From a virus, in IMG/VR virus record IMGVR_UViG_3300037141_000243, positions 1 to 64,000 of that record: DNA of 64,000 nucleotides; one strand, given 5' to 3'. A program made the position numbers and the translations under genes. This document shows positions 9,037 to 17,933 of this stretch, in pieces (position 1 is the first letter of the stretch; the number at the start of each line of letters is the position of its first letter). The notes below the pieces were generated by a model, which had not been told where the DNA came from, did no database searches, and saw only the letters and a list, made by a program, of their open reading frames with translations.

Positions 9037-9915
9037 TTAGATCAGAATGATGGCCGCGCAACTATTCCGATTCCACGAGGCATTACCCGTAGTCGCGTTA
9101 TAGGTGACGGTCATGTTGTTGGACGAAATGACTTCCAGCACTCGGGCATTCAGGGCATGTGATGCGCCCGAACCCAAAGTCAGCGATCCGCCGGTAATCG
9201 TGGAAGCGCCCACACCTGCACCGGCATTGTAAACCACGGTTGATCCCGTAGTGCCGGCCAAAGCGGTAAACGTGCCATCAAGGCCCGCGTACGAACCGGT
9301 ACCTGTCAGGGCTGACACAATGATCGAATCGCCGGGACCGAAAGCAATCGGGGCCGACATGGTCAAGGTAACAACGCCAGTCGTGTTATTGTAGGTACCG
9401 GAGCTGATGGTCAGCGTGCCCACGTAAGGAACAAGGAGCTGATTGACCAGGTCCCAGCTTACATTCGGGTTGATGACGCCGGTTTCGAGATCGACCAGGG
9501 TTGGATCGCAAGCCACCGCGATGCGGGCGTTGGAGCCGTAGCGGTAGAAGTTGACCATCCCGCCAGAGCCCACCAGACCCACTTCCGAGGTCGGGGTGGT
9601 AATGGCGGAGTAGTTCTGATCGAAGACCGAGAAGCCGGTAATGGCCGCTACGGTCGTCGCCCGGATGATGGAATTCCCCAGGGCGGTATTGAACGGTCCG
9701 CCTGCTGAGACCGGCTGGGAAATGTACTCGGTAATGGCAACGCCGCCCCACATGGGGAGGGTTTCGGTGCTTGCCAGGATACCGCCGGCAAGCTGATAGC
9801 GGACAGCGGGATCGCCGTAAGCCGTGCCCTGAATGACGCCGCCGGTAGACGGATTCGGAAATGAACCCGCTGCATTGGTCGTCAGATTGGGCTGAATGTT
9901 GATAGTCGCAACCAT
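9037..9915 (-). CDS. Capsid decoration/cement protein
   Basis: 292 aa between scaffold and capsid; LPMWGGVAITE and VNFYRYGSNARIAV segments; inserted beta module. Confidence 0.6.
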   Translation of the reverse strand: MVATINIQPNLTTNAAGSFPNPSTGGVIQGTAYGDPAVRYQLAGGILASTETLPMWGGVAITEYISQPVSAGGPFNTALGNSIIRATTVAAITGFSVFDQNYSAITTPTSEVGLVGSGGMVNFYRYGSNARIAVACDPTLVDLETGVINPNVSWDLVNQLLVPYVGTLTISSGTYNNTTGVVTLTMSAPIAFGPGDSIIVSALTGTGSYAGLDGTFTALAGTTGSTVVYNAGAGVGASTITGGSLTLGSGASHALNARVLEVISSNNMTVTYNATTGNASWNRNSCAAIILI

Positions 9916-9928
9916 GATTTTGTTCCTC

Positions 9929-10786
9929 TTAGTTCAGGGTGTTGTTGCCGTTGGGCCGGGCAACAATACGTGCCTTGCGACCCGGACCGGAGAATGAACC
10001 CATCCAATCCTTCGAACGACCGTAGAAGGTGCTGATCTCACGACCGGTCTTGTCGCGATTCTTGATTTCCCGCAGGACACCAACCGGGATGTCCGTGGGA
10101 TTCAAAGCCACGCCCATGCTGTCGGACATGATCTGGTTTTCCGCGATGTCAAAAGCTTCGTCGCTCTTGATGGTATCCAGATCGACGCCTTTCCAGACCG
10201 CGCTGTGCTTTTTCAGATCGGTCGTGACACGGCGGCGGTACGCAAGTAGGGCCTCGCCGTCCAGGAAGCGCGGGGCTGCATCGCCAAACGCTGCGTAGAC
10301 GGTATCAAACTTGGCCTGGCTGGCGATGAGCGAACGGTAATCCGCGTCGGAGCGGGGAACCATGCGGGCCTTGAGGGAATTGATTTCAGCCATAAGGGCG
10401 GCGGAGTCAGCCTTGGCCTCTTCCTTCTTTTCGTCCTCGGCATCGGCTTTTTTGTCGGCCATCTTTTCCTCTTTGTCGTCTTCAGCGTCAGCCTTTTCTT
10501 CCTTGTCGTCCTCGGCATCGGCTTTCTTGCTGTCCTTGCGGGCTTTCTTGTCCGCAGCAACACGCTTGGGTTCATCCTCTTCCATGTCCTCGTCGGCGTC
10601 GGGCTTGGCCTTCTTCATGTCCTCGATGGAGTCCATGCGCCCGTCCATTGCGTCCATGCGTTTGCTAAGGCTGTCCATCGCAGAGCACGCGCTGTCTACA
10701 CCTTTCAAGATTTTGTCGAGCATCTGGCCGCCATCCGCGTCCGCCTTCTCGGCATTCTCTTTGTCGGCATTATTAACGTCTGCCAT
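9929..10786 (-). CDS. Capsid scaffolding protein
   Basis: ATG at 10786 with AAGGAG SD; acidic/Lys-rich KADAEDDKEE repeats. Confidence 0.7.
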   Translation of the reverse strand: MADVNNADKENAEKADADGGQMLDKILKGVDSACSAMDSLSKRMDAMDGRMDSIEDMKKAKPDADEDMEEDEPKRVAADKKARKDSKKADAEDDKEEKADAEDDKEEKMADKKADAEDEKKEEAKADSAALMAEINSLKARMVPRSDADYRSLIASQAKFDTVYAAFGDAAPRFLDGEALLAYRRRVTTDLKKHSAVWKGVDLDTIKSDEAFDIAENQIMSDSMGVALNPTDIPVGVLREIKNRDKTGREISTFYGRSKDWMGSFSGPGRKARIVARPNGNNTLN

Positions 10787-10881
10787 TGTATTCGTCTCCT
10801 TGGTTTGAGTGGTATTCCGCAAATAGTAATGGGTCCGGCCAACAAGTGCGGGCAGGCTGGTCCGGGTTAGGAAAAGTAGAA

Positions 10882-11715
10882 TTAAATAGCGGCTTGTTTG
10901 TTCTTCTTGGCGCGTCTTTTATTAGACGCGATTACCGCTGCGATTGTTCTGGCACGCGTAACAGGGTCAGACATTCGATCTTTAGCTGCTTTGCGATTAA
11001 TTTCTGTTTGTTTTGCGCGATAAATTGGATCGGCCCAATTCTTGTTATTGCGTTTTGTAGTAGCTTCACGCGCTGTAGCCGGCGGGGGTCGCCCATACAT
11101 CGGACTATTCTTTCCAGACATCGAAGCCCGGTATGCTTCATCCGCCCAAAGTTTCTTAGCGGCTTCGCTTGGTTTGCTGCTTGCCAAGCGGCCCCGGCTT
11201 ATACTGTCGCGATGCTCTTGGGTAATTGGTATACCTTTCCTTGGGGAAGGCTTACCTTTATTCCACGCAGGAATACCTTTCTTCCCCGCACTAATAGCAG
11301 CACATTCTTCCAGGGAGCGTTTACGACCTGTTAAGGAAGCTCGTCTTTTTTCATTGGTTTCTTTTGAAGGAATATGACCGGACATACCCTCACCACCATC
11401 AGTGAGATTAGCCAAGCGGCCCGTACCGTTATTAATCCTACCAAATTTAAGAATTAGTATGGATTCATACGCAAGGGCGTCTCTTTCCAAAAGACGCCCG
11501 CGAATAATTTTTCTTGGTACAAACCCCAATTCACGGATACGTTTTCTTATTGCATTTCGCTTGCGGATATTGGTGCAATGCTCATCAACATTTTCAGCGG
11601 CGGAGAAGTTTATACGACGACGCTGCCCTTTTCCAATATAAAAAGGATCAAGCATTTTTACATCCCGGTAAAGACCGTAAACGTAATATATTCTTTTTGA
11701 AACCTTAACTTTCAT
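10882..11715 (-). CDS. GIY-YIG-like endonuclease with NUMOD3 repeats
   Basis: YYVYGL..PFYIGKG..R, LANLTDGGEG, PAWNKG, KNSPMYGR; AT-rich. Confidence 0.8.
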   Translation of the reverse strand: MKVKVSKRIYYVYGLYRDVKMLDPFYIGKGQRRRINFSAAENVDEHCTNIRKRNAIRKRIRELGFVPRKIIRGRLLERDALAYESILILKFGRINNGTGRLANLTDGGEGMSGHIPSKETNEKRRASLTGRKRSLEECAAISAGKKGIPAWNKGKPSPRKGIPITQEHRDSISRGRLASSKPSEAAKKLWADEAYRASMSGKNSPMYGRPPPATAREATTKRNNKNWADPIYRAKQTEINRKAAKDRMSDPVTRARTIAAVIASNKRRAKKNKQAAI

Positions 11716-12842
11716 CGTGAGCGGGTTACCACGTTTTTAGAGTGAATATGTAAAAGAGTAAAGGCACGACCAAGCTGTCGATCATTATAAAGTGGACGAC
11801 TTTCCTCTTCAACAGCATCCGCAGCAATCTCTTGGTTAAGAACACCAACAGGATCGCCACCTTTATCCCAGACCCCGGCGCGAACGACCGCAATATGATC
11901 GTAAAGACTTGGCAAGCCCTCAATCAACAGTTTGCTACCATCTTCCAATTCAACGGTATTGTTAACCGTGGGATCGCGGAAGACGACACAGGGTGATGTA
12001 GATAATTGTTCATCCCGCATCATGGTGGCGGCTTCGTCATCGTAAATGGCGATGATGCCCCAAACCTCCTGCTCGACCTCTTTCAGGTAAGGCAGCACGG
12101 TTGTCCCGATGATGCGGTCGGCAAATTCCTTGCTATTCAAAAAGCCCTTCTTAGGGTGCTCCATGATGACTGGCTTACCATTACAGCGGGCCAAGAATTC
12201 AGGGGTCATGTAAAGGGCGGGATCGCGCCAGACAAATTCCTTGTGCTTGTGGCGGTAGGCAACCCCGGTTCCTGTAATACGAATGGCAAAGAGCCACATG
12301 TTGTCGTAATGCTGCGGGCTTGTAAGTCGACCATCGGCAATGGCCTGGGCCACCCCGGTCTCGTTCATGGTAAGACGATCAATCGCAATCTGGCAGCCTG
12401 GATGTAAAGGCTGGGGCGGGTTATTCAGTGGTGCCCAGCACCAGCCTACATGTTCCCCGTCCAGCTTTACCATAAACTCATCATCGACCTGCTGTATAAA
12501 CGTGGTGAAGTCCGTCTGTTCCTGGGGCGGGGTCGCAACGAGCGGGGCTGTGGTGGGTTGTGGCGGGCTTTCCAGGGCTGCTATGGGGGCAGGGGCCGGA
12601 ATAGGGCTGGCAAGGGCCTGTGGGGCGCTAATGGAGCGGGTCCAAGGGGTCAAATCCCCCTTGGGGATAGAACCACATTCCTCTTTGGCTTCGCGGACAG
12701 CGCATTCCTCTAGGGTCTCATCGCCTTCCTGCTTGCCGCCGGGGAAGCACCAGTAACCCGGCATGTCGCCTTTGTCAGAACGCTTTAATAGTAAGCAGTT
12801 GCCGTTGGGCGCGATGAAGAGGATTCCGGCGGCGGTAATCAT
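11712..12842 (-). CDS. NUDIX hydrolase fused to DUF2213-type prohead protease
   Basis: Complete Nudix box GKQEGDETLEECAVREAKEECG; C-terminal half with RITGTG, EHP, STSP and DHIAV..GVWDKGG. Confidence 0.8.
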   Translation of the reverse strand: MITAAGILFIAPNGNCLLLKRSDKGDMPGYWCFPGGKQEGDETLEECAVREAKEECGSIPKGDLTPWTRSISAPQALASPIPAPAPIAALESPPQPTTAPLVATPPQEQTDFTTFIQQVDDEFMVKLDGEHVGWCWAPLNNPPQPLHPGCQIAIDRLTMNETGVAQAIADGRLTSPQHYDNMWLFAIRITGTGVAYRHKHKEFVWRDPALYMTPEFLARCNGKPVIMEHPKKGFLNSKEFADRIIGTTVLPYLKEVEQEVWGIIAIYDDEAATMMRDEQLSTSPCVVFRDPTVNNTVELEDGSKLLIEGLPSLYDHIAVVRAGVWDKGGDPVGVLNQEIAADAVEEESRPLYNDRQLGRAFTLLHIHSKNVVTRSR

Positions 12843-14017
12843 TTACCCCAAGCATCCAAATCTTTACGGCTGAATTTGTCATTCAGAATTTGGCTGATCA
12901 AATCGGATTTGGATGACCCTTTAGTATCGTAAATGCGGTGATTGCGCTTGACCTCGCCTTCAAGGTATTGGCGACTGGCCGCCTTGAGTTGTTTGTATTC
13001 TTTGTCAATGTCCGCTGGTTCGGCGTCCGCCCCAATCCGCAGCCCGACGCGAGCTTTGACCTTGGTATCGGTGCTGTCGCCACGGGCAGCAACATGCCTT
13101 ACAGAATACACACCCCCAACCTTATCAATTCGATTACCACGATTGGCTTCCTCCTTAGCTGCCTTTTCAGACGAATACCGTTTTGACCCATTCTTATTGT
13201 CGTTGGGCGACTCTTTATTACGGTAATCAATTACCCAGTATTCGGGGTCAGCAGCATCGGCCCTCGCCTTCAAGCTATCGGTGCGGTCCAGTATCTTACG
13301 CAACTTTTCGCCGTCCGGCTTAACCGCATCATTCCGAAAGGAATTAACCGTTTTCCACTTTCCAGCTTCTTTATCGCCCATCCGTTCGTGAGCGATTCGG
13401 ACAGCATCTTGTTCGTTTGTGGCCCTGACGCGATGTTCTTTACGGTCATCACCCTTTGATAAAGTAACAGTCCAAGAGCGTAGGGCTGCGTCCGGCCTGG
13501 GACCGATGCCAGGCTTTTCCGCAATGCCCTTGACCACGCCGGCTGTCGTCTCGCTGTCGGCTTTACCGCTATTGACAATCTTTTCGTATTCTCTGATACG
13601 CTTTTTTATTGTGGTAATACGATCAGGATCTTCTTCGCCTATAAGCTCTTTCTTTAGGCGAGCAATAGAGGCTGACGGATTTGGTTCCGCATCCGCCCTA
13701 GCCGCTACCGCTTGCAGCTTGTCGATCTTGGCGTTGATCTCGCGGATGTAATCGTCGTAGGTCCATTTTTCAGGGCCTTGGACCTTGCGCTGTTCGGCCC
13801 TCACCTTGGTCAGCTCATCGCGGAGCATGGACAAGGATCGCAGGGCGGCATCGGTGGCGTCGTCTTTAGTAGAGCCTTTGGCAGACTTCTCAGCCACCTT
13901 AGCTTCAGCATCATAGCCCCTTTGCCACTCCCCGTTAGCCTTGGACCCGGCAGGATGCGGATTGCTTTTGGCCTTGCCAGACTTCCACGCGTCCCGTCCT
14001 GAAGCAGTTTCAGACAT
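12839..14017 (-). CDS. Modular hypothetical protein, candidate internal-head polyprotein
   Basis: About 390 aa; AGGAG SD; repeated [RK]xD[AS] motifs; overlaps the protease start (ATGA coupling). Confidence 0.7.
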   Translation of the reverse strand: MSETASGRDAWKSGKAKSNPHPAGSKANGEWQRGYDAEAKVAEKSAKGSTKDDATDAALRSLSMLRDELTKVRAEQRKVQGPEKWTYDDYIREINAKIDKLQAVAARADAEPNPSASIARLKKELIGEEDPDRITTIKKRIREYEKIVNSGKADSETTAGVVKGIAEKPGIGPRPDAALRSWTVTLSKGDDRKEHRVRATNEQDAVRIAHERMGDKEAGKWKTVNSFRNDAVKPDGEKLRKILDRTDSLKARADAADPEYWVIDYRNKESPNDNKNGSKRYSSEKAAKEEANRGNRIDKVGGVYSVRHVAARGDSTDTKVKARVGLRIGADAEPADIDKEYKQLKAASRQYLEGEVKRNHRIYDTKGSSKSDLISQILNDKFSRKDLDAWGK

Positions 14018-14023
14018 GTACAA

Positions 14024-14146
14024 TTAACTCCTTATACCGGATACATACTTCATCAGCTTTTCCCAAAAGGATAACGGGGGCGGGGGCGGTTTCATTGGTA
14101 CGGGCGCAACGACGGGCTTGCGCTTCTTGGGTTTAGGTTTGGTCAT
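14024..14146 (-). CDS. Small Lys/Pro-rich peptide
   Basis: Hand-translated 40 aa ORF (MTKPKPKKRKPVVAPVPMKPPPPPLSFW...) filling the gap. Confidence 0.35.
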   Translation of the reverse strand: MTKPKPKKRKPVVAPVPMKPPPPPLSFWEKLMKYVSGIRS

Positions 14147-14165
14147 GCGTAAGCCTGCCGCCCGG

Positions 14166-16955
14166 TCACGGCGCTACGTCGTAGGCGTACCGCGCCCCGA
14201 CGATATAATTGCTTGAGTTGTGGAGCATCGTTGCAACATAACCGGCGTAGGTCTTGGTGTTTGCGTATCCGAGTTGTGAAGCCCCAGCCAAGACGCCAAA
14301 CGGGTAGCAGGTATAGTCCACTGACGCAGTCAGTCCGACTCGATACCCACCATTAAACTGGTCAATAGCAAGCGCGTCTATCATAGCTTGGGTTAGGGCA
14401 GCCGTGTTGTACCCCTGGGCATACATTGTGATCGGACTTCCAGAACTACCCACTGTCTGAGAGGTGTCTACGGTGTAAGTCCCGACTTGCCCTAACGGAG
14501 AACCCCCCTGCGTAGTAATATGCGTACCGATTGTTACACCCGCCCCAGAAAGCGGCCCGGGATTGATGCTGCCAAAGAATGGCGCGCTTGCCCCAAACGT
14601 AGCACTTGCGGCTGCAAGTTCAGACGCATCAGTAGATATGGCGGTTACAGTTAACGTCGTCCCACTTATGTATCCTGTGAATACTGAGCGGCACAGCGCG
14701 GCTTTATTCCAGTGATAAACTCCCCAGGCTCCAGTAGTCGAAGCATCTCCGGCAGACTGTAAGTAATAATCTCCCGCAGGCAACAATCCGTTACGCGGGG
14801 GCGGTCCGAGGTCTTGATAGAGATAGTCGTTGGCTAGGAAGTAAGGACCACAGTATGCCACGGGCCAACCCGATGTTCCGTTCGTTCTCCAAAGCGTGTT
14901 GTTTAGCGCAAAGGCGAACAACGTAGTAAGACCTGTCGAGACTCCAGCAGTCGTCTCAAGAAGCTGCCCGAGCATCATAGAGGTATTGAAATAGTCATTC
15001 TGCCAGTTCTCGTTCTGTCCTAGCCGTCCTATGTTTCCAGAGAACGCCGGGAAAACGTTGGCCCCGGTCACTCCGGGCTGTGTGATGAAGATTTCTGTAA
15101 AATACGCACAGTTACTTTTCAATAAGGTTAGAAACACCGAGGACGGAAGAAGCCACGCAGGAACCGCACCGTATGTCTGCTCGTAGGTATGGGTGACAAA
15201 CCAGGCGTTGATGAGGGATCGAAAGGCCCAAGCTGCGTCGCGCGTTATTTGCGGTTGTATGACAGGACTGTTCCCAAAGCCGAAGTGGTTAAAATTTCCA
15301 TATAGACTATAAAAATTATAATACTGCGTCTCCATGAAGCCGTCATTGCAATCTTTTTGGGCAGCTTCTATAAAACACGGGTCCCATGTCGCCAAAGCTG
15401 CGATACTTGCAGTATTCGGATAGTGACTCTCATCCATAACTACAGGACTGAGAACTATCGTATCCATGGACTGGCTAGTAATGGGGCTGGGATATCCAAA
15501 TAGGCCATCTATTGCGTATGTACCGATCCCGCCAGGCGTTCCGCTAAGTTGGCTTAGTATCGATCTGCTTTGGAGGGCACCGTTAGGAAATTGCTGGTAA
15601 GGCCCAACAACACCGGAGGCAACGGCGGTTACATTCATCACGCCTGATTGTGAGGACATTGTACAACTGGTTAGATTTCCGGGATTGGCCGCGCCAGACA
15701 TTTGGAACGTCGCTCCAGGAGAGCCGCCAGGGGTTCCTGTTAGCTGGCTGACGATTGTGACGCCAAAATAAATAGTATTTGTTCCGTCAGACCCGGTTAT
15801 ATAATCCCCCGGCCAGAGTGTGCCAGTAATGCCAGACCCCATTATCATAGTGGTGCCAGAGGTCGTGCTTCCGCTGAATGCCCCGGCAACCTCGGCAGTA
15901 AAGATTGCGGCGGCGGGTGAGTTGCTCGCGAGCCACCCGATGCCCTTAACAAAAGGGGTAAGGCCACCTTGACCGTAAGCCCCGTAAGAGTTTGCCCCCG
16001 GATAGGTCGTTAAATTTATCAGTGTATCCCCAGATGACGTCTCATCTCGATACCAATTCGGGATGGCATTTGACCCTTCAGCCCAGTCAAGAAACGCATT
16101 AGCGTAAGTTACGCTTCCGTATGTCGGAGAACCAACACCGCTTGGGTTGATGAGCCACTGGCCCTGAGACTCGGAAATAGCCCCGAGGTCATCGCGTTCG
16201 CCGGTGGCCCCCATTGCCGGATAAATCCCGGCGAGGCTCATCGGGCCGGTGTAAACAACAGGACCACCAGGGCCACCTTTACCTGGGTCCCAAGTGGAAC
16301 CAGAACTGTTGTTCGTGAACGGGTAGGTGATCCCAGTGTAGGGTGTCTGGCTCATTGGGAGATGCCAGCCGTTACTCATTATCGTAGCCGGGGTGTTGGC
16401 TATCGGACGGCGTGCCGACTGATACCGCCAGCGTGTCCACCAATAATGGACAGGAACATTCTGAGTCAGAATTGTTGTGCCATTTTTCTTTAAGACAACG
16501 CTGTATGCGTAACTGACGCTTGGATCATAAATTAAATTATAGGGGCTACCGCTGAAGGCGGTCCCGAACTCGACCATGAGTTCAATTCGACCAGAATATG
16601 CTGGGCTTGCTGCGTCCGGATTGAAGTAAAGTCGGAGGGGACACCCGGCCACCATCAGCCGGTAGTGGTGCATCGTGAAGCTCGGCCCGACGAAATCCCC
16701 GAGGTTCGTCGCGCTCGCCATGTCGAAGGTATAGACACCCCCGCCATTTGCCGGAGCCATCGTAACCGTAGCGACAAGGCCGCCAACAGGAAAGCCGACC
16801 GGCGGGATAACACCCATGTTAAGGGCCTTGACCGGCTTAGGCATTGCCGTGCAGGAGACGGCAAGCGCGAGCCCCACCATAAACCTCCTGCGCGATGGGT
16901 TTGTGCCGTCTGCCGCAATGGTAGTGGCCAATAATTTCGCGCGATATTTAGTCAC
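14166..16955 (-). CDS. Large Tat-signal protein, possible polysaccharide-active enzyme with fibre-like repeats
   Basis: SRRRFMVGLALAVSC twin-arginine motif; aromatic-rich body; repeats such as FTGYISGTTLTVTAI...GTYTV. Confidence 0.6.
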   Translation of the reverse strand: MTKYRAKLLATTIAADGTNPSRRRFMVGLALAVSCTAMPKPVKALNMGVIPPVGFPVGGLVATVTMAPANGGGVYTFDMASATNLGDFVGPSFTMHHYRLMVAGCPLRLYFNPDAASPAYSGRIELMVEFGTAFSGSPYNLIYDPSVSYAYSVVLKKNGTTILTQNVPVHYWWTRWRYQSARRPIANTPATIMSNGWHLPMSQTPYTGITYPFTNNSSGSTWDPGKGGPGGPVVYTGPMSLAGIYPAMGATGERDDLGAISESQGQWLINPSGVGSPTYGSVTYANAFLDWAEGSNAIPNWYRDETSSGDTLINLTTYPGANSYGAYGQGGLTPFVKGIGWLASNSPAAAIFTAEVAGAFSGSTTSGTTMIMGSGITGTLWPGDYITGSDGTNTIYFGVTIVSQLTGTPGGSPGATFQMSGAANPGNLTSCTMSSQSGVMNVTAVASGVVGPYQQFPNGALQSRSILSQLSGTPGGIGTYAIDGLFGYPSPITSQSMDTIVLSPVVMDESHYPNTASIAALATWDPCFIEAAQKDCNDGFMETQYYNFYSLYGNFNHFGFGNSPVIQPQITRDAAWAFRSLINAWFVTHTYEQTYGAVPAWLLPSSVFLTLLKSNCAYFTEIFITQPGVTGANVFPAFSGNIGRLGQNENWQNDYFNTSMMLGQLLETTAGVSTGLTTLFAFALNNTLWRTNGTSGWPVAYCGPYFLANDYLYQDLGPPPRNGLLPAGDYYLQSAGDASTTGAWGVYHWNKAALCRSVFTGYISGTTLTVTAISTDASELAAASATFGASAPFFGSINPGPLSGAGVTIGTHITTQGGSPLGQVGTYTVDTSQTVGSSGSPITMYAQGYNTAALTQAMIDALAIDQFNGGYRVGLTASVDYTCYPFGVLAGASQLGYANTKTYAGYVATMLHNSSNYIVGARYAYDVAP

Positions 16956-16958
16956 GGG

Positions 16959-17933
16959 TCAGCAGCCCAATGCGTTTGCTTGCCACGATGCGCAAGACCA
17001 ATAGCGGAAAGATTGGATATACATATCAATAGCGCTGGGTGGCGAACCACAGTTCGGCTGTCCCCCGCCGCATTGTTCGGCCATCCACATATTAACAATG
17101 TGAAGCTGGCTTTCTGTGTCTGCGGTAGTTGAGCCACTGGTCACGACACTATGATCGTAATACCAGACAATCCCCGGCCCTCCGCCACATGCCCCTGATC
17201 CCACAAATGTTCCGCACCATAAAATTCCGATTGTGTGAAACACTGTTGGGTCGCCGGGCGATACTGAGCCAGACGCACCAGAACTGTTGGTCGTCCCATT
17301 GCACTGTGCATCGCCGGGGCCGTTTGTCTGATGCAAGGTCACATGCAACGTGCTGTCGGTATTGTAGCTCCACTCGTTGTCTATTTCGCTATACGGTGGC
17401 GCTGTTCCAGATACGGGTAATGTGGGAAAGCCTTGTGCCAGACAATTTTTCCCGGTCGTGAGCCCGAGTAACCATTCTGCACCCCATGCGGCAGTGTTGT
17501 TCGGCGTGTATCTTACGACCCACTCATAATAGCCATGACCAAAAGCGCGGTAGGTCGAAAGCGATCTATCGCCGGACGAAATTGTAGGCAACGGGCAAAG
17601 CGTTCCGGGGTTTGTAGTCGGTAGTGGGCATCCAGTTGTTGCAAAGGCTGTTACCCATTGCAGATGAATATTCCCGCTTGCGTCAACGCTGATGTAAGAA
17701 GATGGCACCGAATAAAAGCTCGGCGCTCCTTGCCACAGTCCATTGTGCCACATATGGCCGGCGGCTGTTCCGGTTTGGTCAATGTCAAAGCCGGTAGCTG
17801 CGTCCTGATTGCTGGCAAGCGTTGAGAATAGATTGGCGCTGGCTTCAATCGGCGGGGTTAGGTTTTCAGTCGGAACAACGCCGCCAAAGGCGCAGAGGCT
17901 TGCCCATAGGGCGACGACGATAGTTAGTCGCAT
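16959..17933 (-). CDS. Signal-peptide protein, glycoside hydrolase family 16-like
   Basis: Hydrophobic N-terminus; FGHGYYE, AWGAEWL, EIDNE (ExDxE), FHTIGILW, MYIQSFRYW. Confidence 0.65.
   Translation of the reverse strand: MRLTIVVALWASLCAFGGVVPTENLTPPIEASANLFSTLASNQDAATGFDIDQTGTAAGHMWHNGLWQGAPSFYSVPSSYISVDASGNIHLQWVTAFATTGCPLPTTNPGTLCPLPTISSGDRSLSTYRAFGHGYYEWVVRYTPNNTAAWGAEWLLGLTTGKNCLAQGFPTLPVSGTAPPYSEIDNEWSYNTDSTLHVTLHQTNGPGDAQCNGTTNSSGASGSVSPGDPTVFHTIGILWCGTFVGSGACGGGPGIVWYYDHSVVTSGSTTADTESQLHIVNMWMAEQCGGGQPNCGSPPSAIDMYIQSFRYWSCASWQANALGC

Noticed and set aside
10400-10540. Tandem repeats in the scaffold gene as a possible CRISPR or other array
   Set aside because: They are in-frame coding repeats (KADAEDDKEE) with synonymous variation and no spacers
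10786-11334. Long plus-strand ORFs opposite structural and replication genes (this one and many others in the track)
   Set aside because: Antisense shadows of well-supported minus-strand genes, with no recognisable motifs
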